Source: an uncultured Planctomycetota bacterium (GTDB lineage Bacteria; Planctomycetota; Planctomycetia; Isosphaerales; Isosphaeraceae). From it: a stretch of DNA of 64,000 bases. The stretch spans positions 576,001 to 640,000 of the forward strand of contig CAWGMQ010000004.1 of the NCBI GenBank assembly GCA_963823665.1. Reading direction: 5' to 3'. Position numbers and translations under genes: made by a program. Under the pieces are notes generated by a model. The model saw only the letters and a list, made by a program, of their open reading frames with translations, was not told the origin of the DNA and made no database searches. How positions within the stretch are numbered: the stretch's first letter is position 1; the number at the start of each line of letters is the position of its first letter. Shown piece by piece: positions 44,227 through 54,043 of the stretch.

Positions 44227-46017
44227 TCACCGTTCAGACTGGACTCGGGCCAGGCGGAACCCGAGGTCGCCGATCCGGAGGCCCGGCTCGATGGTGGCCC
44301 GGAACGCCGACCGGCCTTCGCGGGGCAGATTTTTCCATCCGCCCCCGCGGCCCACCCGGTCTGAGGCCGGGTCGGCCCCCCCCGGATCGTCAGCCGGCGA
44401 CCGCCCGTAGTAGTCCTCCGCGTACCAGTCCGAACACCATTCCCAAACATTTCCGTGCATGTCAAATAAGCCCCAAGCATTCGGATTGTAGCGGCCAACC
44501 GGCGCCGTGAACACATACCCGTCACGCGACGCAATCGTCGTCCAGTTGCGAAACTTCTCTTTCGCCGTTCCATCCGCCACATTCCCAACCGCGGCCAGTC
44601 CCTCGGGATCATCACCACACCGGTAACGGGTCGTCGTCCCCGCGCGGCACGCATACTCCCACTCGGCCTCGGTCGGCAACCGGTAGGTCTTCCCCTCCTT
44701 GCGGCTGAGCCACTCGCAGAATGCCATCGCATCGTTCCAGCTTACATTGGTGACCGGGTGCTCGTCCGTCTGCTCGAACCCAGGATTTTGCCAGGTGTAC
44801 TTAGGGTCCTGCTCGAACTTCTTGGCCTCATGGTTCCAGCCGTGGCCACCTTTGCCGTCCTTTTCCGCTTCCGTACGGTACCCGGCGTCGTCAACGAACC
44901 GGCGAAACTGCCCGCGGGTGACTTCGGTCACCCCAAGGTAGAATGGCCGGGTGATCCGCACTGGGTGCTGAGGCTTCTCGTCGTCCGACGCGTCCTTATC
45001 CGTATCCGGCGAGCCCATCAGGAACTCGCCCGCGGCGATCAGCCGGAGCTTGCCGCCGATCGAGTTAGTGATGACCAGGGGGTTAGACACGGGCCGCCGC
45101 CCCGAGAGGTCAAGCAACGCCACCGGCCCAATATCGCCCAACAACCGCGGTAACTGCGTCGTCGCATGCTTGCGCGCGACGAATGACCGCACATTATCCT
45201 TCACATAAGAATAAAGCTCATCCAGCTCAACCTTCTGGTCCTTATTCCCCCGCTCCTCATCAGCCTTGCCCGATAGCCCTTGAATCACGTAATGAAAGAA
45301 AACCCCATGCCCGCCATCCAGATCCTTGTCTTCCCACGACACTTCCTTGTCCGAGCACGAAAAAAGCGCAGCCACCGTGGCAGGCGGCAGCGCCGGCGGC
45401 GGCATGGCGATCCCCCCCGGCCGCCCCTCCGGCTGCGCCAGCAGTTCGTTCCGGCACGCATCCACCATCAACAATTTGACCGTGGCCTTGCAGCCCTCAA
45501 GCGCCTTGTACAACTCATCAAACCCTACGAACCGATCGAGCCTCTTCCGCGCCAGGCTCGCATCCGTCGGACAGAAAAAGCTGCGCTGCCGGGCAGCCCC
45601 GTTCGGATCATCCGCCGGCGGCGCCAGCATCATCACCCCATGACCCGCCAGCGCCACAATCACGCTATCCCCCGCCTTCACCCCGCCCAGCATCAACTCG
45701 AGCTGGTTCCGGATATGCTCAGCGGTCGGCATCAGGTCCACTTCCTCGAACCCCCGCTCCCTGGTCATCACGACCACGTTCTCTTTCTCGTAGCCAGCAT
45801 CGAGAAAGACCTTCTCGAGCGCGTCGACATCCCGCCGCGGAAACGGCAGCCCCGGCAGCAAGCTCCCCTTCTCGTACCGGTCAACCGCGACGAGCAGCGC
45901 GTACTTCTTGCCCCGCACCGTCTCCTGCGACCAAGCCGTCCGGTCGGCGAAGAGCACGACGCAAACAATCAGCACGGCGATCACCGTCGTGCGGAAAATG
46001 AATCGTGTCGAAGTCAT
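44227..46017 (-). CDS. Secreted caspase-like + FGE/CLec protein, paralog 3
   Basis: Signal peptide, KKYALLVAVD, VALAGHG, LMVDACR, YRLPTEAEWEYACRA, DMHGNVWEWC, RGGGW...GFRLAR. Confidence 0.94.
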   Translation of the reverse strand: MTSTRFIFRTTVIAVLIVCVVLFADRTAWSQETVRGKKYALLVAVDRYEKGSLLPGLPFPRRDVDALEKVFLDAGYEKENVVVMTRERGFEEVDLMPTAEHIRNQLELMLGGVKAGDSVIVALAGHGVMMLAPPADDPNGAARQRSFFCPTDASLARKRLDRFVGFDELYKALEGCKATVKLLMVDACRNELLAQPEGRPGGIAMPPPALPPATVAALFSCSDKEVSWEDKDLDGGHGVFFHYVIQGLSGKADEERGNKDQKVELDELYSYVKDNVRSFVARKHATTQLPRLLGDIGPVALLDLSGRRPVSNPLVITNSIGGKLRLIAAGEFLMGSPDTDKDASDDEKPQHPVRITRPFYLGVTEVTRGQFRRFVDDAGYRTEAEKDGKGGHGWNHEAKKFEQDPKYTWQNPGFEQTDEHPVTNVSWNDAMAFCEWLSRKEGKTYRLPTEAEWEYACRAGTTTRYRCGDDPEGLAAVGNVADGTAKEKFRNWTTIASRDGYVFTAPVGRYNPNAWGLFDMHGNVWEWCSDWYAEDYYGRSPADDPGGADPASDRVGRGGGWKNLPREGRSAFRATIEPGLRIGDLGFRLARVQSER

Positions 46018-46101
46018 GACACACCCCACATGTTGTCAATTCAGACAGGAAGCTGCTTCGCCTGGAAAACGGATGCCGCCACTGAATCTTCCTGAGCGGC
46101 T

Positions 46102-47883
46102 CTACTGATCTCGCGCCAGCCGAAACCCCACGTTGACGTACCGGAGGTCCGGCACGAAGGCGTTCCGGTTCGCCGACCGGGCGACGCGCGGCTCGGGGTA
46201 CCAGCCGCCCCCGCGGAGCACCCGCAATGAGGCCGGGTCGGGGCCCCCTGAGTCCTCAGCCGCCGACCGCCCGTAATAGTCCTTCGCGTACCAGTCCGAG
46301 CACCACTCCCAGACGTTCCCGTGCATGTCCAGTAAGCCCCAAGCATTCGGGGTGAACCGGCCAACCGGCGCCGTGAAAACATAACCGTCCCGCGCCGCAA
46401 TCGCGACCCAATCAGGGAACTTCTCGTGCGCCGTTCCATCAGCCAGATTCCCCACAACGGCCAGGCCCTCGGGATCTTCACCAACCTGGTAACGCGTCGT
46501 CGTCCCCGCGCGGCATGCATACTCCCACTCAGCCTCCGTCGGCAATCGGTAGGTCTTTCCCTCCTTGCGGCTGAGCCACTGGCAAAATGCCACTGCATCG
46601 TTCCAGGTCACGTTCACCACCGGGTGCTCGTCCGTCTGCTCGAACCCTGGATTTTGCCATGTATACTTGGGGTCTTGCTCGAACTTATTGGCCTCCTCAT
46701 TCCAGCCGGAGCCTCCCTTCGCGTCGCTCTCGGCTTCCGTCTTGTAACCGGCATCGTCAACGAACCGCCGAAACTGCCCGCGAGTCACTTCGGTCATGCC
46801 CAGGTAGAACGGCCGCGTGATCCGCACGCGGTGCGGAGGCTTCTCGTCATCCTCCGCGTCCTTGTCCGTATCCGGCGACCCCATCAAAAACTCGCCTGCC
46901 GGAATCAGCCGAAGATTCGCCCCGATCGAATTGGTGATGACCAGCGGGTTCGACGCGGGGTGCCGCCCCGAAAGGTCAAGCAGCGCCACCGGCCCGATAT
47001 CCCCCAACAACCGCGGCAACTGCGTCGTCGCGTGCTTGTGCGCGACGAAGGAGCGCACGTTGTCCTTCACGTACGAATAAAGCTCATCGAGCTCGACCTT
47101 GTGGTCCTTATTCCCGCGCTCCTCATCAGCCTTTCCCGAGAGCCCTTGAATCACGTAGTGAAAGAAAACCCCGTGCCCGCCGTCCAGATCCTTATCTTCC
47201 CACGACACTTCCTTATCCGAGCATGAAAAAAGGGCAGCCACCGAGGCCGGCGGCAACGCCGGTGGCGGCATCGCGATCCCCCCCGGCCGCCCCTCCGGCT
47301 GCGCGAGCAGCTCATTCCGGCAAGCATCCACCATCATTAGCTTCACTGTCGCCTTGCAGCCCGCGAGCGCCTTGTACAACTCCTCAAACCCTACAAATCG
47401 CTCGAGCCGCTTGCGCCAGGCTGGCATCCATCGGGCAGAAGAAGCTGCGCTGCGCGCAGCCCCGTTCGGGTCGTCCGCCGGCGGCGCCAGCATCATCACC
47501 CCGTGGCCCGCCAGCGCCACGATCACGCTATCCCCCGCCTTCACGCCGCCCAGCATCAGCTCGAGCTGGTTCCGAATATGCTCCGCCGTCGGCATCAGGT
47601 CGACGTCCTGGACCCCTCGCTCCTTGGTCATCACGATCACGCTAGCGCGCTCATACCCCGAATCGAGAAATACTCTCTCGAGCGCGTCAATGTCTCGCCG
47701 CGGGAATGGCAGCCCCGGCAACAGGCTCCCCTTTTCGTACCGGTCAACCGCGACCAGCAGCGCGTACTTCTTGCCCCGGACCACTTCCTGCGGCCAGGCC
47801 GGCCGCTCGGTGAAGACGAAAAGGCCAACGATCAGCAGCGCGGCGAGCCTCGTCGTGCCGAAAATGTACCGGGTCGATGGCAT
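46102..47883 (-). CDS. Secreted caspase-like + FGE/CLec protein, paralog 4 (tandem duplicate of paralog 3; compensating indels ~47410-47460)
   Basis: Same motifs as paralog 3; the out-of-frame stretch SAASSARWMPAWR replaces QRSFFCPTDASLAR. Confidence 0.93.
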   Translation of the reverse strand: MPSTRYIFGTTRLAALLIVGLFVFTERPAWPQEVVRGKKYALLVAVDRYEKGSLLPGLPFPRRDIDALERVFLDSGYERASVIVMTKERGVQDVDLMPTAEHIRNQLELMLGGVKAGDSVIVALAGHGVMMLAPPADDPNGAARSAASSARWMPAWRKRLERFVGFEELYKALAGCKATVKLMMVDACRNELLAQPEGRPGGIAMPPPALPPASVAALFSCSDKEVSWEDKDLDGGHGVFFHYVIQGLSGKADEERGNKDHKVELDELYSYVKDNVRSFVAHKHATTQLPRLLGDIGPVALLDLSGRHPASNPLVITNSIGANLRLIPAGEFLMGSPDTDKDAEDDEKPPHRVRITRPFYLGMTEVTRGQFRRFVDDAGYKTEAESDAKGGSGWNEEANKFEQDPKYTWQNPGFEQTDEHPVVNVTWNDAVAFCQWLSRKEGKTYRLPTEAEWEYACRAGTTTRYQVGEDPEGLAVVGNLADGTAHEKFPDWVAIAARDGYVFTAPVGRFTPNAWGLLDMHGNVWEWCSDWYAKDYYGRSAAEDSGGPDPASLRVLRGGGWYPEPRVARSANRNAFVPDLRYVNVGFRLARDQ

Positions 47884-47997
47884 GACGCACCTCAGCCGTC
47901 GTCGATTCAGAACACGCCTCGAGCGGCGAGACCAAGCGCGCCCGCTAGCCGGCCGTGAAACTTCATCCTACAAGACCTCCCAGACCACCGCCACGTA

Positions 47998-48105
47998 CCC
48001 CTTCTCCCCCGGGAGAAGATGCCGCGAAAGCGGCGGATAAAGGGCCCTCCCCCGGGAGAAGGTACCTCGAAGCGGCGGATAAGGGGCCTTCCCTTCGAGA
48101 AAGGG
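47998..48105 (+). repeat. Tandem REP-like units (CTCCCCCGGGAGAAG...GCGGCGGATAAGGG)
   Basis: Two clear copies and a degenerate third in the divergent intergenic region. Confidence 0.75.
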
Positions 48106-48331
48106 TGCCATCAAGAGAACGAATGCCGGCACGATTTCTTCCCAAGTCGGAAGAATTCTCATCGGTAGCCGCAGGAATCGCTTCAGAAAGCCACCTGGCC
48201 GTCGTGCTAAAGGCCGAGCCGACGATCCCCCGTGGTGGTGCTCGATAAGAATTCTCACTAGGATGACTTTCAGTGCGATCACGCTGGGCGACCGTCACAC
48301 GGAGGAAACTGATAAGAGGACGACTCTCTCG

Positions 48332-49759
48332 ATGAAACGGTTGGCAATCTCCCTCTTCCTGTTGGCGGCCTGGCCTTGGTCTCCGCTCGCCGCTGCGCCG
48401 AAGCCCAACATCGTGTTCATCCTGGCGGATGACCTCGGCTATGGTGACCTGGGCTGTTACGGGCAGACGAAGATTCGAACACCAAACCTCGACCGACTCG
48501 CCGCCGAGGGGATGCGATTCACGAACTTCTATGCGGGTTGCTCGGTCTGCGCGCCCAGTCGCTGCACCTTGCTGACCGGCAAACATCTCGGCCACGCCAC
48601 GGTGCGCGACAACATGCAGCGCGGGCCTGGCCTCGAGGGCCAGCACCCCATGGAGCCCGGTACGGTCACGGTGGCCCAGCTCCTGAAAAAGGCAGGCTAT
48701 GCAACGGCCATCGTCGGCAAGTGGGGGCTCGGGATGCCGGAAGATCAGAGCAGCCCGCTGGACTTCGGCTTCGATCACCACTATGGATATCTCTGCCAGG
48801 GGATGGCCCACACGCACTACCCACCGTACCTCTGGCGCGACAATCAGCAAGAGCCGCTCGCCGGCAACCCGCCCTATTTTTATGGCAAACCGGGCACGAT
48901 CGCAGCGCTGGGGAATATCTTTGCTCACGATCTCCTGACCGAAGACGCACTCCGCTGGGTGCGCGCGCATCGGGATGGGCCGTTCTTCCTCTATCTGGCT
49001 TTCACGATCCCGCACCTCTCGCTCCAGGTGCCGGACGACTCGCTGGCCGCCTACCGCGGCCGCTGGCCCGAGACACCAATGACAACCTCGAAACACTACG
49101 CCAATCACGACACGCCGCGCGCCGCGTATGCCGCAATGATCACGCGGATGGATCGCGACATCGGCCGCCTGATGGCGCTTCTCAAGGAGCTGGGCCTGGA
49201 CGACGACACGCTCGTCTGTTTCGCCAGCGACAACGGCGCCGTCTTCGCCCTTGCCGGCACCGACCCCGAGTTCTTCCGCAGCAACGGCGAACTACGCGGC
49301 TACAAGCAGGACCTGTACGAAGGCGGCATCCGCACGCCGCTCGTCGCGCGCTGGCCAGGGAAGATCCCGGCCGGCGTCACCAGCCCATTCGTCGGCGCGT
49401 TCTACGATCTCATGCCCACCTTCTGCGAGCTTGCCGGCACGCGGGCACCCCACGACACCGATGGTCTCAGCATCGTCCCCACGCTTCTCGACCGGCCCGG
49501 CCAGAAACCGCACGAATTCCTGTACTGGGAATACCACAGCGGCGGCGGCGCGCAGGCCGTGCGGTTCGGGAACTGGAAGGCGATTCGCAACAACGTCACG
49601 AGATCGCCCGACACGACGCCCGAGCTCTACGACCTGGCCGCGGATCCGGGCGAGAAAACCAACATCGCCGGTCGGCAACCCGAACTCGCCGCGAAGGCCG
49701 CCGCCTACATGAAAGCCGCCCACAGCCCGAGCCGGGAGCCGAAGTGGAACTTCAAGTGA
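48332..49759 (+). CDS. Arylsulfatase (Cys-type, S1 family), secreted
   Basis: PNIVFILADDLGYGD, VCAPSRCTLLTG (CxPxR), GKWGLG, SDNG, LYEGGIRTP. Confidence 0.96.
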   Translation: MKRLAISLFLLAAWPWSPLAAAPKPNIVFILADDLGYGDLGCYGQTKIRTPNLDRLAAEGMRFTNFYAGCSVCAPSRCTLLTGKHLGHATVRDNMQRGPGLEGQHPMEPGTVTVAQLLKKAGYATAIVGKWGLGMPEDQSSPLDFGFDHHYGYLCQGMAHTHYPPYLWRDNQQEPLAGNPPYFYGKPGTIAALGNIFAHDLLTEDALRWVRAHRDGPFFLYLAFTIPHLSLQVPDDSLAAYRGRWPETPMTTSKHYANHDTPRAAYAAMITRMDRDIGRLMALLKELGLDDDTLVCFASDNGAVFALAGTDPEFFRSNGELRGYKQDLYEGGIRTPLVARWPGKIPAGVTSPFVGAFYDLMPTFCELAGTRAPHDTDGLSIVPTLLDRPGQKPHEFLYWEYHSGGGAQAVRFGNWKAIRNNVTRSPDTTPELYDLAADPGEKTNIAGRQPELAAKAAAYMKAAHSPSREPKWNFK

Positions 49760-49959
49760 AAATCAACTCATGAGAATTCGAGTCCGACTGACCCACACCA
49801 ACCCGAAGCGCCAGCGAGGAAGTACTGTATCAAGTGTGGAAGCACCAGTACGTCGGTGCTTAATCTCCATTTGACGTCGAGCAACGAGCTTTGCTCACGG
49901 GAGATGACGTGGTTCCGCACGACTTGAACGATTTGACGCTCGGTCTAACTTGATGCGCC

Positions 49960-52900
49960 TTGAATTGTGTGGAGTTTGGCAAGTCTCTGAAGCAACTACT
50001 CGACGGGAGTGATCTTGAGGCGCCGGTCCGCGCCTTGGCTGATCGAGTCGGGTTGATCCTTGCCGACAACAAGCTGCCCTTCTTTCCCGACTACACGGAC
50101 CACGGGATCGACCACATCAATTCCTTGTTGAAGACCGAACTCGAGCTCGTCCCCAAGGGCGTTTGGGAGCAGAGCACCCGAGAATCCGACCCCAGGCTGC
50201 TCTGCGCCGAAGACGCGGCGGTGATCATCGGGTCGGCACTGTTGCACGATATTGGCATGCACTTGCGGCCAGCCGGATTCCTTGAGCTGATCAGCAAGGA
50301 TTCGCGATTTCGCCCGCTCCCCTGGTTCAAACAAAGCCATGAAGGGCACGCGGCAGACCGAGCCTGGCACGAGCTCTGGGAGGATTTTCGACGCGAGGCC
50401 CGGCAATTCAATGATCGGGATCTGACGAACATCATCGGGAAGGAGTCAGCGCAGGCTTGGAAGTTTCACGACCTGCCGGATAACACCGGGCAGTGGGAGC
50501 GAAACCACCATCTCATCGTCGGCGAGTTCATCCGGCGGCATCACGCGCGGCTGGCTCATGAGGTGGCGATCTACGGTTTTCCCGGTCTGCCCGTTGCCGC
50601 CGGCGAGAAAGGGTTTCCGGCGATGGGTACCGAAGATGGGCACGCGCTCTGGCAACTCGCGGATCTGATCGGGCTTGCGGCAAGGTCGCATGGGACATCA
50701 CTGCGCGTATGCAAGGCATACCTCGACGGCAGCCCGCTCTGTGCCGGAACTCCTCGCCCCATGGGGAGCGCCGTGCTCTACGCGATGGCGCTCCTGGCGG
50801 TAGCCGACTATCTGCAGATCGACCGCCAGCGCGCACCGGCGGTCCTGCTCCAACTTCGCAACCCGCAGAGCCCGATCTCAGTGCAGGAATGGAGCAAACA
50901 CGATGCGGTTGTGAACATCGGGCCTGCTAACGATCCGCGTGCCAAGGCGGTCACCGTGAGCACGTTCGTAACGCTTCCGATCTATTTGCAGCTTCGCGAC
51001 CTGCTAGCCGGGCTCCAGCAAGAGATGGACCATTCAACGGCCGTGCTGGATGAGGTGTACGGAACGCAGACGGAGCTGGGATTGGACAAGCTCAGCCTGG
51101 CCACTCGGCGGGTCTACTCGAACCTGGAAAGGCCGGCCTTCCGTGACGGCCTTCCCTACGTTCCGGAGCGAACCGGATTCAGCGCCGACCCACACCTGTT
51201 GACCATCCTGGTCGAGCCGCTCTACGGAGACCAGCCGAGTGTCGGGGTTCGCGAGCTGATTCAGAATGCCGCCGACGCGGTCCGTGAGCTGGAGGCCTGG
51301 TGTGCGCGTTGCGCCATTCGGCCTGAGACGCTCGAGTTGCCGAAGCAAGATGGCGATGTGGCGGTCGATTTCATGCGCCGGGAGAACGGCACCTGGTTCC
51401 TGCGGGTGCGAGACCGGGGAATCGGCATGCGGAGCGAGACGATTCAGCACCATTTTCTGCGGGCGGGTGCCTCGTTCCGGCGCAGTCCTGAGTGGGCGAA
51501 GGAGTTCTTGGGCGAAGCTGGCAAGGCAAGCGTGGCCCGCGCGGGAAGATTCGGAATTGGCGCGTTCGCGGCCTTCTTGCTCGGGCCATCGTTCCGCGTC
51601 TGGACGCGGCACGCCGGTGCAGACAGCTCGATGGGCTACACCTTCGAAGTTTCGGTGAGCAGCCAACTCATCGATATTCATCGGGCGCCGGATCTGCCAA
51701 TTGGGACGACCGTCGAGATCGAGCTCAGCACTGGGGTGATGGAGGTTCTCCCCCTCTATCAAATCGCTGCTGGCTTTCCGCTCGACTCACACCGCCCCTT
51801 GATGAGGATCGATTGGTATTGCTGGGACTGGCCCAGGATTGTCACACGTGTGCACAACGGGCCGAGCTTCGAGGAACTCGAGCAAGAATACCGTTGTCCG
51901 GTCCAAAAAACGGAATTACCGGCGGAGTGGTGTGTCATTCATCCTGAGGGGTTCGACGCGGTGTACTGGACGTTTGGCGATGCGCCGCCGCTGTCGTGCA
52001 ACGGCTTGATTGTCAGCGATTCACACAAGCATTCTCTCGATCGCGCATCGTTCGCATGGCCTTTAGGCAAACTGCTTGCGGCCCCCTGCATTGCGGTTGT
52101 CGATAGTGCGGGCAATCTCCCTCTGACGGTGCAAAGATATGCGCTGTCCCAGCGCCGGCTTCCCTTTGTCGACGAGCTCGCCACGGACGTCATCCAGTCG
52201 TATATTGCGCACTCGCTCGTTTGTGGGCCACGCTCGGCTTCTGACGCACATCATTTTCGTCTTCGCTTTCCGTTGCAATCTCAAGCTCTTGACGCTCGTA
52301 GTTCATCTGATTGGCAGCTCTACGACCAGTCGCCATTCGACGAGCTCCTGCTGCGCTGGTGCACGACGATGACCGAAGTGGTTCCCGCGGACCCGTGGCT
52401 GTATTCGCTCCTCGACGTCGAATCGTGTGTGATTTATGGCGGGCTAGACGGCGACGAACACTATTCATTTGATTCGTTGAATTGCAATGAGCGATCCTTG
52501 CGGCTGATCGACTCGCCTCGGAACTGCGTGATGGCTTTCCACGGAGTCGTGAGCGACTTTCCCTACGTTGGCGAAGGTTCAGGAAATTCAAGCGCGCAGG
52601 AGGTCGTGGAATCACTCGCGGCCCATGGTCTCGAGGCTGTCGGGCAAGAAGTCGCAGGCGCTCGCGTAGTCGTGTCATCGGCAGTTCAGTTCCGCCGCGA
52701 GGCGCGCTTTCCTCACCCGGAGTCGATTGACCCGCAGCAAACGGAAAACTGGCACCCCGTGCGAGTAGGACGCCAGGCGAAAACACGGAAGGCAATCACT
52801 GCACGCAACCCCGCTCGATGGCGCTACAGCCTGAACTGCGGAAATCTGAAATCGAGCATGGCCCTGGAGCCCTTCCTCCACATGCTCGAATCGCTCCAGC

Positions 52901-53175
52901 CGAAAACGAAGTCAATTCGTGCGCGGGGATCGGTGCAACGCCCACCGGAACTTATTTTCGTTGCCGAAATCCGAACGACGCGTGTGAAACGCAACCCAGA
53001 ATCACTCATCGCCAGAGTGTGGAACGAATGTCTAGGGCCGAGAGCCATTCCATTCGACCCTGCGCCACGAGCGGCGCTCATCCGCGAAGGGTGTAAACAT
53101 CCGAAATTGAAGCGGCATATCGAGGCCTGGCAGGAAATGAAGCGCGCCGGGTCGAAGTGGGTGCGCACCGAGTGA
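49960..53175 (+). CDS. HD-domain (HD-CE-like) + HSP90/GHKL ATPase fusion protein
   Basis: FFPDYTDHGIDH, ALLHDIGM, IRRHHARL, LLAVADYLQI; LYGDQPSVGVRELIQNAADA, VRDRGIGM, GRFGIG, GTTVE; start uncertain. Confidence 0.85.
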   Translation: MNCVEFGKSLKQLLDGSDLEAPVRALADRVGLILADNKLPFFPDYTDHGIDHINSLLKTELELVPKGVWEQSTRESDPRLLCAEDAAVIIGSALLHDIGMHLRPAGFLELISKDSRFRPLPWFKQSHEGHAADRAWHELWEDFRREARQFNDRDLTNIIGKESAQAWKFHDLPDNTGQWERNHHLIVGEFIRRHHARLAHEVAIYGFPGLPVAAGEKGFPAMGTEDGHALWQLADLIGLAARSHGTSLRVCKAYLDGSPLCAGTPRPMGSAVLYAMALLAVADYLQIDRQRAPAVLLQLRNPQSPISVQEWSKHDAVVNIGPANDPRAKAVTVSTFVTLPIYLQLRDLLAGLQQEMDHSTAVLDEVYGTQTELGLDKLSLATRRVYSNLERPAFRDGLPYVPERTGFSADPHLLTILVEPLYGDQPSVGVRELIQNAADAVRELEAWCARCAIRPETLELPKQDGDVAVDFMRRENGTWFLRVRDRGIGMRSETIQHHFLRAGASFRRSPEWAKEFLGEAGKASVARAGRFGIGAFAAFLLGPSFRVWTRHAGADSSMGYTFEVSVSSQLIDIHRAPDLPIGTTVEIELSTGVMEVLPLYQIAAGFPLDSHRPLMRIDWYCWDWPRIVTRVHNGPSFEELEQEYRCPVQKTELPAEWCVIHPEGFDAVYWTFGDAPPLSCNGLIVSDSHKHSLDRASFAWPLGKLLAAPCIAVVDSAGNLPLTVQRYALSQRRLPFVDELATDVIQSYIAHSLVCGPRSASDAHHFRLRFPLQSQALDARSSSDWQLYDQSPFDELLLRWCTTMTEVVPADPWLYSLLDVESCVIYGGLDGDEHYSFDSLNCNERSLRLIDSPRNCVMAFHGVVSDFPYVGEGSGNSSAQEVVESLAAHGLEAVGQEVAGARVVVSSAVQFRREARFPHPESIDPQQTENWHPVRVGRQAKTRKAITARNPARWRYSLNCGNLKSSMALEPFLHMLESLQPKTKSIRARGSVQRPPELIFVAEIRTTRVKRNPESLIARVWNECLGPRAIPFDPAPRAALIREGCKHPKLKRHIEAWQEMKRAGSKWVRTE

Positions 53176-53502
53176 CGGTCGCAGTGTTCCACGGGAGAAC
53201 AGCGTCGCTCCTCCGCGATACGTCGCTGCCTCAAAAAAGGCCGGGGTTACATCGTGAAACGCGTCCCTCTCACGGGCACGTCAGGAACCGGAAAATCCAC
53301 GCTGATTGGCGAGCTCCCCAGGCTCGGATACGCGGACGATCGGTGACGGCTTTGAAGGATCTCATCGAGATCGTCCGTCATCATTTCCTGCTTCGCAGAT
53401 CCGAATCACCGAGTCGACAGTCTGCGACTTCAGGTCCCGCTCGAGCTGGCTGTCGAATGGACATGGTCGACGCGGCGATCCATGGCTCCGATCCGACCGT
53501 GT

Positions 53503-54043
53503 TTACCGCGCGTGAAACCCGAGCGCCGCGGGCAGTTCCGCGGTGATGCCGAACACGAACTTCTGGCCGGGATGGAATGGGGCTTCCAGCTCGAAATTTT
53601 CGAACGCCACGCCCCTCGGAATGGCCGCCTTCGAAGCCCAGTAGGTCTTGCGGGCATTGACCCGCGCAACCAAATTGGGTAGGGCCAGCGCCCGCCAGTA
53701 CTGGGGTCGCAGACTTGCCTTGATAGTGCCAGTGCGGTTGGACGTCGCCGCCGTAGGCGGCATGCACGGGGCCGGGCTCGTCGGGCCGGGCGGCGACGAC
53801 GGCCTCGCCGTCGACCACAAGCAAGGCGCCGATGTCCCACTGCTGGTGGTCGGCAAAGCCGTCCGGGCGGAACCGGGCCGATCCGAAGAGCCCATGCGCT
53901 TCCACAAGGAAGGGGCCGTCCGCCACGGGCCCGGCGAGCGTCCGAGGCGGGTCGTCCGCATCTCCCCCCCCCGCGACCGAATTGGATAAGGCCACAAGCG
54001 CTACGACGACGATGGTGGAGATGTGCCAGCCCTTGCAATTCAT
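53503..54043 (-). CDS. Secreted hypothetical protein, frameshift near 53705
   Basis: Signal peptide MNCKGWHISTIVVVALVAL; after HWHYQGKSAT the coding-like frame continues QYWRA...AFENFELEAPFHPGQKFVFG. Confidence 0.55.

Noticed and set aside
47410..47460. Locally divergent peptide in paralog 4 as a second variable region
   Set aside because: The DNA still matches paralog 3 in a shifted frame, so these are compensating indels, probably errors.
34994..49759. FGE-domain genes as formylglycine-generating maturases for the adjacent sulfatase
   Set aside because: They lack the catalytic Cys pair that follows RGGS in true FGE (all read RGGGW with no Cys) and are fused to caspase domains; the adjacency looks coincidental.
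29000..50000. DGR template repeat or reverse transcriptase within the window
   Set aside because: By eye I found no AAC-rich non-coding copy of the variable region and no ORF with RT motifs ((Y/F)xDD, LPxG).
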